This document shows positions 12,942 to 25,576 of a DNA stretch of 64,000 bases, in pieces. Positions within the stretch are counted from its first letter, which is position 1, and the number at the start of each line of letters is the position of its first letter. The stretch lies in the NCBI GenBank assembly GCA_951406725.2, contig OX597827.1:46562001-46626000 (forward strand). The letters are read 5' to 3'. The notes below the pieces were generated by a model. The model did not search any database, was not told the origin of the DNA, and saw only the letters and a list, made by a program, of their open reading frames with translations. Made by a program: the position numbers and the translations under genes. The stretch comes from Octopus vulgaris (Eukaryota).

Positions 12942-13038
12942 AGAGAGCAAACTAACAAGACTGCTGCAAGATTCTTTGGGGGGTAAAACAAAAACGTGCA
13001 TCATAGCTACTATAGCACCGTCCCTCTGTAACGTTGAG
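12942..13038 (+). CDS. KIF11: KIF11 exon 9
   Basis: ttccag|A GAG...GAG|gtaagt; [33 protein letters not shown]. Confidence 0.96.
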
Positions 13039-13086
13039 GTAAGTTATTCCTTTTTCAGTTTCACTGCTGTGTGTGTGTGTATATAA

Positions 13087-13126
<40 letters not shown>

Positions 13127-13394
13127 CAAATAAAAAAATGGAGAAACAGATTTGGTTTGTTCATCAACTTACAGATATTATAATGTTGGATTATTCATTT
13201 TACAAATGAGAACATCAAAAGCATACAAAAATATTATATAAATCAAGAGATGAGATAATAATACAAATACAGATTTTAAAAGTCATAGTATAAATTAATG
13301 AAGTCCTAAAAATTACTTCTTACAGCTGTTTCAGCCTATGGTCAAAAGTAAATTTAATTTTCATTGCCTATAGATGTCAACATACTAAGGTTGT

Positions 13395-13441
<47 letters not shown>

Positions 13442-15118
13442 TGCATGCTGTTTCTTAATAAGCATGATTCTTTTCTTTGTCTAAAATAAAACATCTTTAG
13501 TTTCTCTTACCTGTTTTAGCTTGTCATTTGTGGCCTTGCTGGGGCATATTTCATTATCTTTAATTTGTTTTTTCTCAGTTTAATATTGAACATGTTGATC
13601 ATTGATCATAAAAAAAAATTCAGTTTTTTAGTAATTTTTATAGCTTGATATTAATTGTGCAGTAGGGTTTCTGAAGCTCTGTATCATTGTAAAAATTAAA
13701 ATATAACTAAAGAACATTGAATATATGTAGTATAGTAGCAAGGTTATAAAAGTAATAAAATAAATTTTGTCTGTCTTATGTATGTATAAATTTGTGTATA
13801 CCTTGTTATTATTTACTGGTTTCATCCATTTGGCAATGTATCTACAAGAGACCTCTTTCAGTGTTGCAACTTTTATTCTATTATTATTTTGTCAACTTAA
13901 ATAAAATGTAGTGATCGAATCCAGGCTCCTGTGCCGGTGGCATGCAAAAAGTACCCACTACACTCCCAGAGTGGTTGGTGTTAGGAAGGGCATCTGGCTG
14001 TAGAAACATTGCCAGATCAGATTGGAGCCTGGTGCAGCTGCTGGCTCTCCAGACCTCACTCAAACCATCCAACTCATGCCAGCATGGAAAACGGATGTTA
14101 AATGATGGTGATGATTTATGATGGAAGAGGATTGAGCTTAAACTCAAAGAATAATGTGACATAATGATCAAAAACTGGTATACTGATTCTGTCATCCTCT
14201 TTCACTCTGTTTTGGCACACAATTTTTTATCATAAATCAACCTTTACTTTATGGTCAAAGATGATCCCACTATGACCATTCCATCATGTTTATCCAAATA
14301 GATCAGGGGGCTACTTTATCCGATGTGTCCTTCGTGTTTTTTAAGCCAGCAAGTGTGAGTTTTGGGAGATTCAGCTGCTATTTCTAGGTGGTTGAACAGA
14401 TAACTATTTGGCTTGTTATTAGTTCATGGATGTATGAGCATCCTGTTCAAGCTACTGGACATGTACTTTGAATTATCGTGCAAAGTGACTGAGTATTCTA
14501 CAGACACATGTGGACAAGTAGAATTTGTCTAACACGTTATGACAAAGCTAGAGTTTTGAATTGAGTTTTGATCGATACACTTTCTATTTTACTAAAATAC
14601 ACTAATAAAGCTTAATCCAAGATGCCATGCATTGTATTGAACCCGGGGCCTCATGATTGCAAAGTGAACTTAACCACTCAGCTATATCTGCATCTATGTG
14701 TATGAGTTATCTGGATGCTTTTGCACTCAATCCACTCTCTAAAGTGGTTGGCATTAGGAAGGGTATCCAGTTGTAAAAACCATGCCAAAACAGACAGCGG
14801 GGTCCCTTGGCTTGTCAGCCCTTGACAAACCGTCCAACCCATGCCAACATTGAATGATGAGGATGAGGGTTCTATATTAGTGATAGAAGCATGTCTTTAT
14901 AACAAATATTAACGTGCTCATCCAACTTAAACTTGGATGTGTTGTTTTAAATCATCTCGTAGGAGTGGCTGTGTGGTAAGTAGCTTGCTTACCAACCACA
15001 TGGTTCCGGGTTCAGTCCCACTGCATGGCATCTTGGGCAAGTGTCTTCTGCTATAGCCTCGGGCCAACCAATGCCTTGTGAGTGGATTTGGTAGACGGAA
15101 ACTGAAAGAAGCCCGTCG

Positions 15119-15151
<33 letters not shown>

Positions 15152-15415
15152 TTGTTAAATGACTGAAACAAGTAAAAGAGTAAAAGATGTTTGAAAAGAT
15201 TTTGGTCTGGCATTCAGTGACTGGATGTCTATTTCTGTTGAAATTAGGTCAAAATTGTGTGGTACAATAGCCCAATCTGTTGACACTTGGTCTCTCAATG
15301 TAATCTGTGATATTTGATACTAAGCATCTATACAAGGTAATTTCTCTAGGATGATTACTGCTGCTTATGGTGTTTAAAATAACTCTACCAAATTGAGATG
15401 TGCAAATTATATATA

Positions 15416-15516
15416 CAGGGCGAGCCAGAATTCAGACTCACTTATTAATAATATTTCTTAATATGCGTATTAATAAATATAACTAACAAGTGAGTCATGA
15501 ATTCTGGCCCACCCTG
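15416..15516. mobile_element. Tc1/mariner-type mini-MITE (101 bp)
   Basis: TA flanks; TIR cagggcgagccagaattcagactcactt / aagtgagtcatgaattctggcccaccctg. Confidence 0.8.
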
Positions 15517-15686
15517 TACATAATGTAGTGAAGTGTTTTTTTCCCCCACCTTAGCTCTTAAAAGATCGATAAAATATGTATGGTATATTGGAATTTATGC
15601 AATTGGTTATAATCGTATCTTTTAAATGTTAGCCTTTTGTTGCCAGAATTATTTTGATTCTTCAGGTTTTAAATTGTATATTGTAG

Positions 15687-15782
15687 GAAACTCTAAGCAC
15701 ATTGGACTATGCCCATAGGGCCAAAAACATTCAGAACAGGCCTGAGATTAATCAGAAACTAACAAAGAAAGCTCTCCTTAAA
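15687..15782 (+). CDS. KIF11: KIF11 exon 10 (helix a6, neck linker)
   Basis: ttgtag|GAA...AAA|gtaagt; [32 protein letters not shown]. Confidence 0.96.
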
Positions 15783-16687
15783 GTAAGTACGAAGTAACAT
15801 TTTCTATTATATACATATACTTCTATCACCAGACATCTCCCACTCCTCCCTCATTCTACATTTGCCTGCCCCCTCATGCTTTTGCAGTCTATCCACCCAC
15901 ACCTGATCTTCTTTTCTCACATCTGCCTCCTCTCTACTACTATTTTGTTGCTCTTCACACCCACGCTGCCAGTCAGCACATACTCTCTCTGACTTTCTCT
16001 CAAACTTGTGTATCATCAAAAACATCCTCAATATTGATCCACCAGTTACTTCAATCAGCTCTTTAATCCTACCTAATCTCTGGTCATCGTCTCATCTTCC
16101 CTCCCACTCATATTATCATTGCCCCCATCCTCTCAACCTTTGTTCATCAAACCCATACCAAGCTATAATACAGCATTAAAATATCACGCACACACTGATG
16201 TATAAATGGTGCTTGTCAGTTTTAAAATATGTTCTATTACAATATTTACCTTTCATCTGAGGGAGAAATTGTTTTTTACTTTTCTCTCTTTTGATAAAGA
16301 AACTATGACTGTTGTCATAGAAGGGGTTAGCTCTCGAATGTCAACCTTTTTCTAATTATTTGACACTTTGTCTGAAGTATTTCTAATAGGGAATATCTTA
16401 CATGTTTCTCCTACAGGTACAGTTTTGTAACTTGTGTTAGCACACGAAACGTGTAATGGTGAATAAATGCAAAAAATTTTTTCCCAATCTCTTGTTTTGA
16501 TACATATAATCATCTTCATTTAATGGCTGTCTCCCATTCTGGCATGTGTTGGATGGTTTGACAAGAGCTGGCAAGCCAGAAGATTGCGCTAAGCACCACT
16601 GTCTGTTTTAGTATGGGTTTTACTGCTGGATGCTCTTCTAATGTCAATCACTTTACAGAGTGGACATTTATATAGATACACATGTAT

Positions 16688-16980
16688 ACCGTAAATCCTC
16701 GAGTGTAATCCGCATTTTTTCCCCAAAATTTAAAGGTCAAAATCCCTAGTGCGTATTATATACGAGGTTAAAAATGAAAATTATTTTCTAAGCAATATCC
16801 GAGTCTCTATTTGCTGTCTGGCTATGTTTATTCAGACGCATTTTGTGATGTTGGGCGCGAAAATACCTTAAGCTAAGCCTGAAAGCAATGAAGTCATAAA
16901 AGAATCATCCATAACTTGCAGTAAGCAACATTTATTAAACATTATTACTGTTATTTCTTAATTTTCTGCAAACAAAATGC
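16688..16980. mobile_element. One-ended Tc1/pogo-like MITE fragment
   Basis: TA followed by ccgtaaatcctcgagtgtaatccgca, a pogo-like terminus; partner end not seen. Confidence 0.45.
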
Positions 16981-17547
16981 CGGAGCCTCGTGGAGCTTAG
17001 GTATTTTCGCTCAATAAACACACACAACCACAATCTTCCGACCGCAAGTCCGCTGCCCTAACCACTGGGTCATTGCGCCTCCACACACACAGACACACAT
17101 ATATATAAATAACTACTTGTATTCTTAACTTATATGCCTTGAATTTTTTACTGTATATATGTATGTTATTATGGTTGGATCCACAACCTGTAACTTACTT
17201 GGTGGTGTATGTATATATATGCCCCGACTGGCCTCTGTGCCGGTGGCACGTAAAAAGCACCATCCGTTCGTGGCCGTTTGCCAGCCCCGTCTGGCACCTG
17301 TGCGGGTGGCACGTAAAAAGCACCCACTACACTCACGGAGTGGTTGGTGTTTGGAAGGGCATCCAGCCGTAGAAACACTGCCAGATCAGACTGGGCCTGA
17401 TGCAGCCTTCTGGCTTCCCAGACCCCAGTTGAACCGTCCAACCCATGCTAGCATGGAAAGCGGATGCTAAATGATGATGATGATGATGATGATGATATGT
17501 ATGTATGACTATGTAAGTATATATGCATGTATATGCACTAATGTGAA

Positions 17548-17810
17548 GGCACATGGCTCAGTGGTTAGAGCATCAGGCTTACAGTCATTAGGTAGTGAGT
17601 TTGATTCCTGGACTGGGCTGTGTGTTGTGTTCTTGAGCAACAGAGTTTACTTCAAGTTGCTCCAGTTCACTCAGCTGTAAAAATGAGTTGTGACGTCACT
17701 GGTGTGGAGAAGGGAGGCTGGTATAGATGGACAACTGTTGGACTTGTGCCTCGGAGTGGACCTTTCTAGGTGCAATCCCATGGTTATTCATGGTCAAGAG
17801 GGGTCTTTAC
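17548..17810 (+). mobile_element. tRNA-derived CORE-like SINE (related minus copy about 59140-59300)
   Basis: A box tggctcagtgg, B box gtttgattcc, then gttgtgttcttgagcaa...gttgctccagttcactcagctg. Confidence 0.7.
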
Positions 17811-17899
17811 CTTATATGCACTAATGCATTCATAAGGTGTAGCATTCTTTCCTTCCCTAGTTTATTTGTTAGTAATGATGGGAATATCTTTTACTACAG

Positions 17900-17988
17900 G
17901 AATACACCAATGAGATTGAAACGCTAAAGAAAGATTTGCTCGCAGCTCGGGAGAAAAACGGCATATTCTTGGCTGAAGAAAACTACAA
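17900..17988 (+). CDS. KIF11: KIF11 exon 11 (neck coiled coil)
   Basis: ctacag|GAA...TAC AA|gtatgt; EYTNEIETLKKDLLAAREKNGIFLAEENY. Confidence 0.95.
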
Positions 17989-18248
17989 GTATGTGGCTTT
18001 AACTTCCATTTCAGTATCTTTTAAATATTCCAATAATTTTTTTTGTTTTAGAATTCTCTTTATACTCCCATTTTGCAAATGATCAACATTTGTCACAGTA
18101 AATAGCAGACACAGCAACACATCAATGAAGTCTAAACAACACCATTGTCTCTCTCAGAGTGGCGTGCTATTTTATGTAACTCCAAGGTTGTTGGTCATTT
18201 CAATGGTGTGTATGTGTCTGGAGCTTCAACATAGCTTGCATTTATGGT

Positions 18249-18340
18249 GGAACACTGATGAGGTGAAATGTACGATTACATACTGTTTCTGCTTTTGTTA
18301 GGTAATCATTTTGGCATATAGCTGAAACACGTGTATGTCC
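18249..18340 (+). ncRNA. Degenerate type I hammerhead-like motif
   Basis: CTGATGA 18255-18261; GAAA 18324-18327; palindromic ACACGTGT then A; flanks ggaaca / tgtcc; long imperfect stem II (gattac/gtaatc). Confidence 0.45.
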
Positions 18341-18526
18341 TATAAAGCATATTTTCATTTCTATTATTTGGCTCATATTCTGCTCTCTAGCCTGTCCAGA
18401 ATTTGATGCGCCACATTGTATTACGCTGGATTCTGGAGTGGATTGTGGTGTCTACTATTGAGCCTGATTTTGTTTATGCACTTTATTGTACCTCCTTTTA
18501 TTGATATTTGTGTATAGATATATATT

Positions 18527-18560
<34 letters not shown>

Positions 18561-18874
18561 CATATGTAGTTGACCCAGTAGAATGAAATGCAAAATTACT
18601 ACTGGCAAGGCTAATTAAGAATGTAGAGAGTGAAGATTAATTAGCGTAAACCATTTAGTTAGGTGCTTTACTATTTCTATAATTTTTCCATTATGTACAA
18701 GGAAATATGTACAAGTAATATTTCCAAGCAAGAATAAAATATTGAAGATAAAATTTGATTATATCATCAAGATTATCAAAAATAGAAGGAAAAAATAGAA
18801 TTCCTCTCTCTCTCTTTCTTGTCTTGTGCGTCTCTTGGCTTTCTTTTTAATTTGATATCCTTTATAATCTGCAG

Positions 18875-18962
18875 TTCCATGGTTACAAAAATTGCTCAGC
18901 AAGAAACAATGACGAAAGAAATGGAAGATCGAATTACAGCATTGATAGAAGAGAAAGATAAG
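18875..18962 (+). CDS. KIF11: KIF11 exon 12
   Basis: ctgcag|T TCC...AAG|gtgagt; NSMVTKIAQQETMTKEMEDRITALIEEKDK; phase matches neighbours. Confidence 0.92.
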
Positions 18963-20169
18963 GTGAGTCATTGCTAGTATTTATACTAATATTCCAGGAG
19001 CCTGTTGTTTCATCCACTTCACCTGGCTGTTTTCTAAAGTAGTGGATCGGTAGAAACATTAACCCTTTTGGTACCAACCAGCCCTAGACAACTCTTGGCT
19101 CTGTTGTAATACAAACTTCTTGTTTCAATGTGGTCTAAATTAAAACCTTCCATTAAAATTTCAACTTACTTTATTCCAAATGTCAACTTAATAATGACAG
19201 TTGTGTTATTGTGTTTTGCATTGAAAGAAAAGCAATTTTATTTTCAAGAAAAATATCGCAATGGAAAAGTCAAGTGTTTGACAGAATTGTTTGTGCTGAT
19301 CAAAAATTAATGGAAATAGTTGTTGTGATACCAGTGCCAGTGGCACGTAAAAGAACCATCCGAACGTGGCCGTTGCCGGTGGCACGTAAAAAGCACCAAC
19401 CGATTGTGGCCATTGCCAGCCTCGCTCGGGACATAAAAGCACCCACTACACTCGTGGAGTGGTTGGCGTTAGGAAGGGCATCCAGCTGTAGACACACTGC
19501 CAGATCAGACTGGGTCTGGTGCAGCCTTCTGGCTTCCCAGACCCCAGTCGAACCGTCCAACCCATGCTAACATGGAAAGCGGACGTTAAATGATGTTTAG
19601 TCACAGATATTTGTGCTCTGAATTCGAATCTTACTGTGGTCAACTTGTCCTTTTATCCTGCTATGGTTGATTTAAAATAACAAAAACAAAAAAAAAAAAA
19701 GTGCCAATCAAGTGCAGAGCTTGAATTAACCATTTTGTTACCATATTTTTGCTAAGATATACTTTCTTCATTTCAACTAATTTTGAAAATAATGAAAAAT
19801 CTATGAAAGTAACTTTGTCAATATTGACCTGGTTTTTGGAACAAAAGTTGAAATTTTGAAGGAAAGTTTTAACTGGAATCATTCTAAAGGAGGAAATTTG
19901 TATTATAGAACCATGGACGTTCTTGGTCAAGTTGCCATCAAAATGGGTTGTTATTACTATAAAACCATCTCAAATGTGAACGAAATTTTAATATGGTTAA
20001 ATTGCCTTTGTGTTTATTAAAAAAATTTCTTGTACTGTTTATGATCAGCTTGAAGGAACATGTAGCCTGTGAGTTGTTACAGATGATAGCTATTTATTGC
20101 TAGCTGTTGTTAGGAACTTTTTTATATTTAGTTCAATATCAACTTGGTTTTTATTTTTCCTATGCACAG

Positions 20170-20358
20170 ATACAAGAGCTATTTGAGAAGGTTGATCGCC
20201 AACTGGAAGATACAACAGAAACCTTGAGTGTCACACAGAGCCAATTAAGTGATACCATGCGCAACCTTACGAACAAAACTAATGAATGTGACGAACAGAA
20301 GTTCCTGGTGACGGAACACGCGAAGACTGAATCTGAGCTCTATTCTCGTGCTGAGAAG
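20170..20358 (+). CDS. KIF11: KIF11 exon 13
   Basis: gcacag|ATA...AAG|gtagac; IQELFEKVDRQLEDTTETLS...EQKFLVTEHAKTESELYSRAEK. Confidence 0.92.
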
Positions 20359-21218
20359 GTAGACAATACCATTTTTTTTCTTTTCTTTTCAATATCTTGT
20401 TCTGATTTTCTTTGAGAAGTTGATAACTCTCACTTGCAATAAAATATTCTTTCTTAGTCTGAGCGGAAAGAGAAATGTATGTGGCATTATTGTAGTACAT
20501 GGAAGACTCTGAAAGAATTTACTTGTGATTACCAAGAATTGACACAGGACAACTCCTACACTCTCTCTTAATGTCTCTGTGTCTCTCTATATTTTTTCTC
20601 TCATATATCTAACAAAAAAAACTGTTTGGCATTTCTTCTACTTCTTAACTGATTTTACCATCCGTGTGCTGAATAAGAATAATAATGAAAGCGAAGTTGT
20701 AAGAGTGGCAATGAAGTGGAGAAGCTTGCTTCCAAACCATGTAGATTCAGGTTCAGTCCCATTGCATGGCATCTTGGACAAGTCTCTTTTACTATAGCAC
20801 TTGGCCAATCAATGCTTTGAGAGTGAATTTGGTAGATATAAACTGAAAGAAGCTCATTGGTCATATACATGTGTGATAGTTGTAAATGAGTGCCAGTCAT
20901 ACAACTGAGGTTGTTTTCAGTCTAATTTGGAAACCATGTCGGGCCTATCACGAAATATGATAATGATGACTAAAGTCATCACTGGGATAATGTCATGTGT
21001 TGTTTGCTTGTTTCTACTAGTTTCCATATTATCAAGGGGGCAGAGAGAGAGAGAGAGAGATAAACAGATGGTGATAATGTATTTAGTAGGAACAGAAAAT
21101 GAAGGGGAAAAAAACATAGGTGTGTGTTGGGTGTGATGTTTTGCTTTTTGTTTCCTCTCGTTTCGGTTTTTTTAACTATTACTTTCTCACTCCATTTCCG
21201 AATGCAACAATATTGCAG

Positions 21219-21426
21219 CTGTTATCCACAGCAGATGACTCCACATCGGATGTGTATGGCCTACACGCGAAGCTGGACCGCAAGAAGGCGGTGGAGAGCT
21301 GCAACAACAAACAAATGACAGACTTCCAGCAAAAGTTCCAAGCTTCTCTTGAAGGCATGCATCATATAACTAATGATATGATGGGTTTTGTATCTAAATT
21401 CCATGATAACAACACTACTCAGCTAA
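21219..21426 (+). CDS. KIF11: KIF11 exon 14
   Basis: ttgcag|CTG...CTA A|gtaagt; LLSTADDSTSDVYGLHAKLDRKKAVESCN, matching the kinesin-5 DVxGLHxKLDRKK motif. Confidence 0.95.
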
Positions 21427-21469
21427 GTAAGTTGCATTTTAGCATTGTACAAATCTTTCTCACTCAACT

Positions 21470-21650
21470 TGCCCGTCTCTTCATGCCATCTCCCCTCTCC
21501 ATGCCACAACTTCGCGACACCCCTCTCCTCGTCATGACCTCGTAGATCCCCTCTCTTCTCACCATGACATTGTAACCACCTCTCCTCGCCATGATCTTGT
21601 AACCACCTCTCCTCGCCACGACCTTGTGATTCACCGTGACCTTCTCAACA
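21470..21650. repeat. Minisatellite, about 27-nt unit
   Basis: Repeats of cctctcctcgccatgacNttgtaaccac just after the exon 14 donor. Confidence 0.7.
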
Positions 21651-21663
21651 TGGAAGATGGACC

Positions 21664-23046
21664 TTAACCCTTTCGTTACTATATTTCTGACCAAAATACA
21701 CCCCTCATGAGTTTCAATTAAATTCTAAAATAATCATGAATTTAGGTTTGTTTCATTAAATAACTGCAACTTTTTTACTTATCAACATATTAATGTGATA
21801 TTTGGAACATAATTAAAGAAAGGGTTCTTAATCAATCCTATTACATAACTTTTGTCTCAAAGTGACTTTAATTACAGGTAAATCCAAGTAAATTGAACAA
21901 AAGGTAAAAATATTAAAAGTTTGTTTAAACCTCACCATAGAAAATATTCAAATGGGTATGCAACAAAATTTTGATAAAGAAGAATTCTGCACATCAGTTG
22001 AATTTAATGCACAACAAGTGTACCATAAAGGTGGAATAAACTGAAATCCACCACAAGTTTGACCGAACTAAAGAAATCGGTCAAAAAATAATATACGGCC
22101 CTGGTTATGGTATGGAAGTGATAAATTCTAGACCATATCATTCCCTAGGCCATGCTGACTAACAATAATTTTTTCCTGTATAAAAACTAAATTCACGCAG
22201 TACCCAGTATTTGCTTCACAAATTTTCCGAACTTTGATCCCCCATTTTGTGTTTACGTAAATTTGTTTCCGCATTGATCGCTTCAAACAATAACTTCCAG
22301 ACCACATCGTACCCTAAGCCATGCTGACTAACATTAGTTTCCCTGTATAAAAACTAAATCCACACAGTACTCAGTATTTGCTTCACAAATTTTCCAAACT
22401 TTGATCCCCGATTTTGTGTTTGTTTACATTCTGCATAACAGTTTGCTTCCACAGTGATCGCTCCAAACAAGCATACTGTAAAAATAAAGTCTAATGGTTT
22501 CGCTTCCTAAGAAAGACTATAGATAAACTATCTCCTCAGAAAAATTGCTAATAAAAACATTTTTAAAGTTTTTTACTTCCTTCCGATGTAAAATCGTCTT
22601 TGCTGTCGCCATCGCTGCTTTGTTTCTTCGGAATCGCTGCTTTCAGTTTCGGATACCGAAATATCTTATTCATTCTCGTACACCACGTGCTTTTTATCTC
22701 ATTCATTCTTTTTCTCGATATCTCCCTATTTTCCATTGAAAAAGCTTTAAATTCGGAATCAATGCTTGATAACACGAAACTCCTATCCATTTTCAAAGTT
22801 GAAGAAAAATCGATGCCGAAAAAAAATGTGGAAAAAAATCTCCCAAAATTCACTGAGTTCAGATATCACTTCAAGCAATGTCGGATACTATAAGTCAACT
22901 ATTTACAAAGTGAAATCACATGTTTTAACGAATGTACCAACGAGATTTGGGTTCAAATTTACATTTAAATAACAATAGGTTCTCTCGGCCGGGTTGGTAT
23001 TATGAACCAAAAAATTTTTCAGCCGGGTTAGTAACGGAAGGGTTAA
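21664..23046. mobile_element. 1.38-kb non-autonomous piggyBac-type element
   Basis: TTAA-ccctttcgttacta ... tagtaacggaaggg-TTAA; internal direct repeat of about 170 bp (22128-22290, 22297-22470); no recognisable DDD transposase. Confidence 0.85.
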
Positions 23047-23167
23047 AAGAAAATATTGATACTGATTTTGCAGTCAGACAGGCAGCAAAATGCCAAATAT
23101 TTTTATATTGTTTTGGAGCCATGAAGATTTATTCCATTTATAACTGCTTTTCTTATTGTTCTTTTAG

Positions 23168-23340
23168 ATGGTCTACAAGAAGTTCTGGCAACCCATTCTG
23201 GCAGCATGTTAAAGTCCTGGTCCAATGTAGTAGAGAATGTAAAGAAGCACACAGACCAAATGAAATCTAATAAACGGAACGAGTTTGAAGAGACAAACAC
23301 CTTTTTGAATGAGACTACCACAGAAGTCACAAACATGCAG
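23168..23340 (+). CDS. KIF11: KIF11 exon 15 (stalk)
   Basis: ttttag|AT GGT...CAG|gtatgg; GLQEVLATHSGSMLKSWSNVVENVKKHTDQMK...; open frame, phase-consistent. Confidence 0.88.
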
Positions 23341-23393
23341 GTATGGTATTGGCTCAAGAAATAGTAAAAGATCTTTTTATTCCAGAAAAATTC

Positions 23394-23798
23394 AGGAGTG
23401 GCTGTGTGGTAAGTAGCTTGCTTACCAACCACATGTTCCGGGTTCAGTCCCACTGTGTGGCATCTTCGGCAAGTGTTTTCTACTATACCCTCAGGCCGAC
23501 CAAATCCTTGTGAGTGGATTTGGTAGATGGAAACTGAAAGAAGCCCATCGCGTGTGTGTGTGTGTATGTATGTGTGTGTATATGTTTGTGTGTCTGAGTT
23601 TGTCCCACCAACTTCACTTGACAACTGATGCTGGTGTGTTTACGTCCCTGTAACTTAGCGGTTCAGCAAAAGAGACCGATAGAATAAGTACTAGGCTTAC
23701 ACAGAATAAGTCATGGGGTCGATTTGCTTGACTAAAGGCAGTGCTCCAGCATGGCCACAGTTAAAATGACTGAAGCAAGTAAAAGTGTAAAAGAGTAA
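23394..23798 (+). mobile_element. Full-length tRNA-derived SINE family A. Other copies 14960-15186+, 27183-27569+, 46181-46616-, 47178-47543-, 50045-50410+, 50779-51213+, 54793-55217-, 55820-56150+
   Basis: aggagtggctgtgtggtaag...gggttcagtccc head, cttgggcaagtgtctt core-like part, internal (TA/TG)n, tail ggtgctccagcatggccrcagtcaaatgactgaaacaagtaaaagagt. Confidence 0.9.
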
Positions 23799-25355
23799 CC
23801 ACAAAACTAATGGAGGGATAGTTGACAAGGAGATATCAGCAAACTTGCCCAGTTGCAGCCAAACTGCAGCTGTGATGACATTGTCCATACCTGTAGCTCA
23901 GTGTCATTTTTGTAAACACTCACAGTACACACATTTGCACATGTGTGTGTAGATTTGGCTTTGTGGTCAAGAAGGTTGCTTCCCAACTATGTGTCCTTGG
24001 GTTCAATCCCACTGTCACCTTAGGCAAGTGTCTTCTACTATAACCCTAGGTCAACCAAAGCCTTTTGAGTCAATTTGTAAGGCAGAAGGAAATTGAAAGA
24101 AGCCTGTCTTGTATGTGTGTACCCTTGTTTCATCATTATGTGATGACTGTAAGCAAGCATCACCATCATCCAAGCAATGCTGTTCTTCGTCAGTCTCCTG
24201 TGAAAGACATGTCTGATCATGAAAAATATTCCCTTGCTTAGAAATGGATGAGGTTAGTGACAGGAAGGCATCAAGCCAACGGAAAGCTGTCTCAACAAAT
24301 TCCATCTGACCCATGCAGGCATGTAAAAGTGGACTTTAAAATGATGTTATGTGTCATTAAATACAGAATTTATGAGGTTAGCTACTTCAAGTTACACACT
24401 TGTAAAGTACAGTATGTGGGTATACTTATATAAGGCAGTAAATTATAGTGAGGTCGGTTTTGTCTTTCATCCATTAAGAGTTGATGAAATAAGTACCAGT
24501 TGAGCACTGGGGTCAGTGTAATTGACTGGTCTCCTCTTACTAAATTGTCCGCTTTCCATGCTAGCATGGGTTGGACGATTTGACTGAGGACTGGCGAACC
24601 TGATGGCTGCACTAGGCTCCAATCTTGAGCTGGCAGAGTTTCTATAGCTGGATGCCCTTCCTAATGGCAACCACTCCGAGAGTGTAGTGGATGCTTTTAC
24701 CTGCCACTGGCACGAGGGCCAGTCAGGCGGTACTGGCAACGGCCACGCTCAAATGGCGTTTTTTTATGTGCCATCTGCACCGGAGACAGTCCAGTGACAC
24801 TAGAAAGGATTGCTATTATTGAGGTTGGGACTTGGCAGAATTGTTGACATGTTGCAGAAAATGCTTAATAACATAACTTCCTGTCAATTTTGCCTTTCAT
24901 TATCTTGGGTTCGATAAAATAAAATACCTGTCAAGTGCTGGGGTCAATATCATCATCCAGTGTTTTAAGTCTGGGTTTTGTCTACATTAACGGGGGTGGC
25001 TGGATCTACCTCAATGCCATAGCAACCAAGGTAGGCAGGTGCAGCCCACTCCAACCTTTGGGCTGGCTGGTGCCCATTCTCCTTTGCTATCATGAGGCTT
25101 TTTTGGAGCTGGATTTTCTACAGGGAGCATTCCCTTGCTTACCCCCAACCTCAGTTTCTAGACATGAGTGGTCCCGTGACCAAGGCCTCTACCACAATTT
25201 TAAGAAATGTGATGAAAAACTACTTCAGGAAGGCAGGTATGCTACCCCCTTTGAAGCCCACCCCCCTATCCAATATATTCAACTAATTCCCTCCCACTAG
25301 AATTGCTGACCTTGTGCGAAAATTTGAAATAATTATTGCTTTTGTTGTTCATTAG

Positions 25356-25481
25356 GAAAACAGCGTTGACCACTTGAAAGCTATTGATTCCGAACTAGTG
25401 TCCAGTCTGCAGTCACAGATGAATGCTCTCCAGTCGATACAGACACTGAGGTTGCAGGTTAAGCAGCAGTTGGAGAAGCAG
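25356..25481 (+). CDS. KIF11: KIF11 exon 16 (stalk)
   Basis: cattag|GAA...CAG|gtaaga; ENSVDHLKAIDSELVSSLQSQMNALQSIQTLRLQVKQQLEKQ. Confidence 0.87.
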
Positions 25482-25576
25482 GTAAGATGAATATTTTCTT
25501 TAACTTTATAGCTTTTAAACTGACCAGTTCCGGTACTTCAGCATTTCTATTTACCGGATTTTACTTGCAAACTTTA

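Noticed and set aside
22563-22893. Independent protein gene or intact transposase
   Set aside because: Short ORFs inside a TTAA-flanked element, no catalytic motifs, no splice support.
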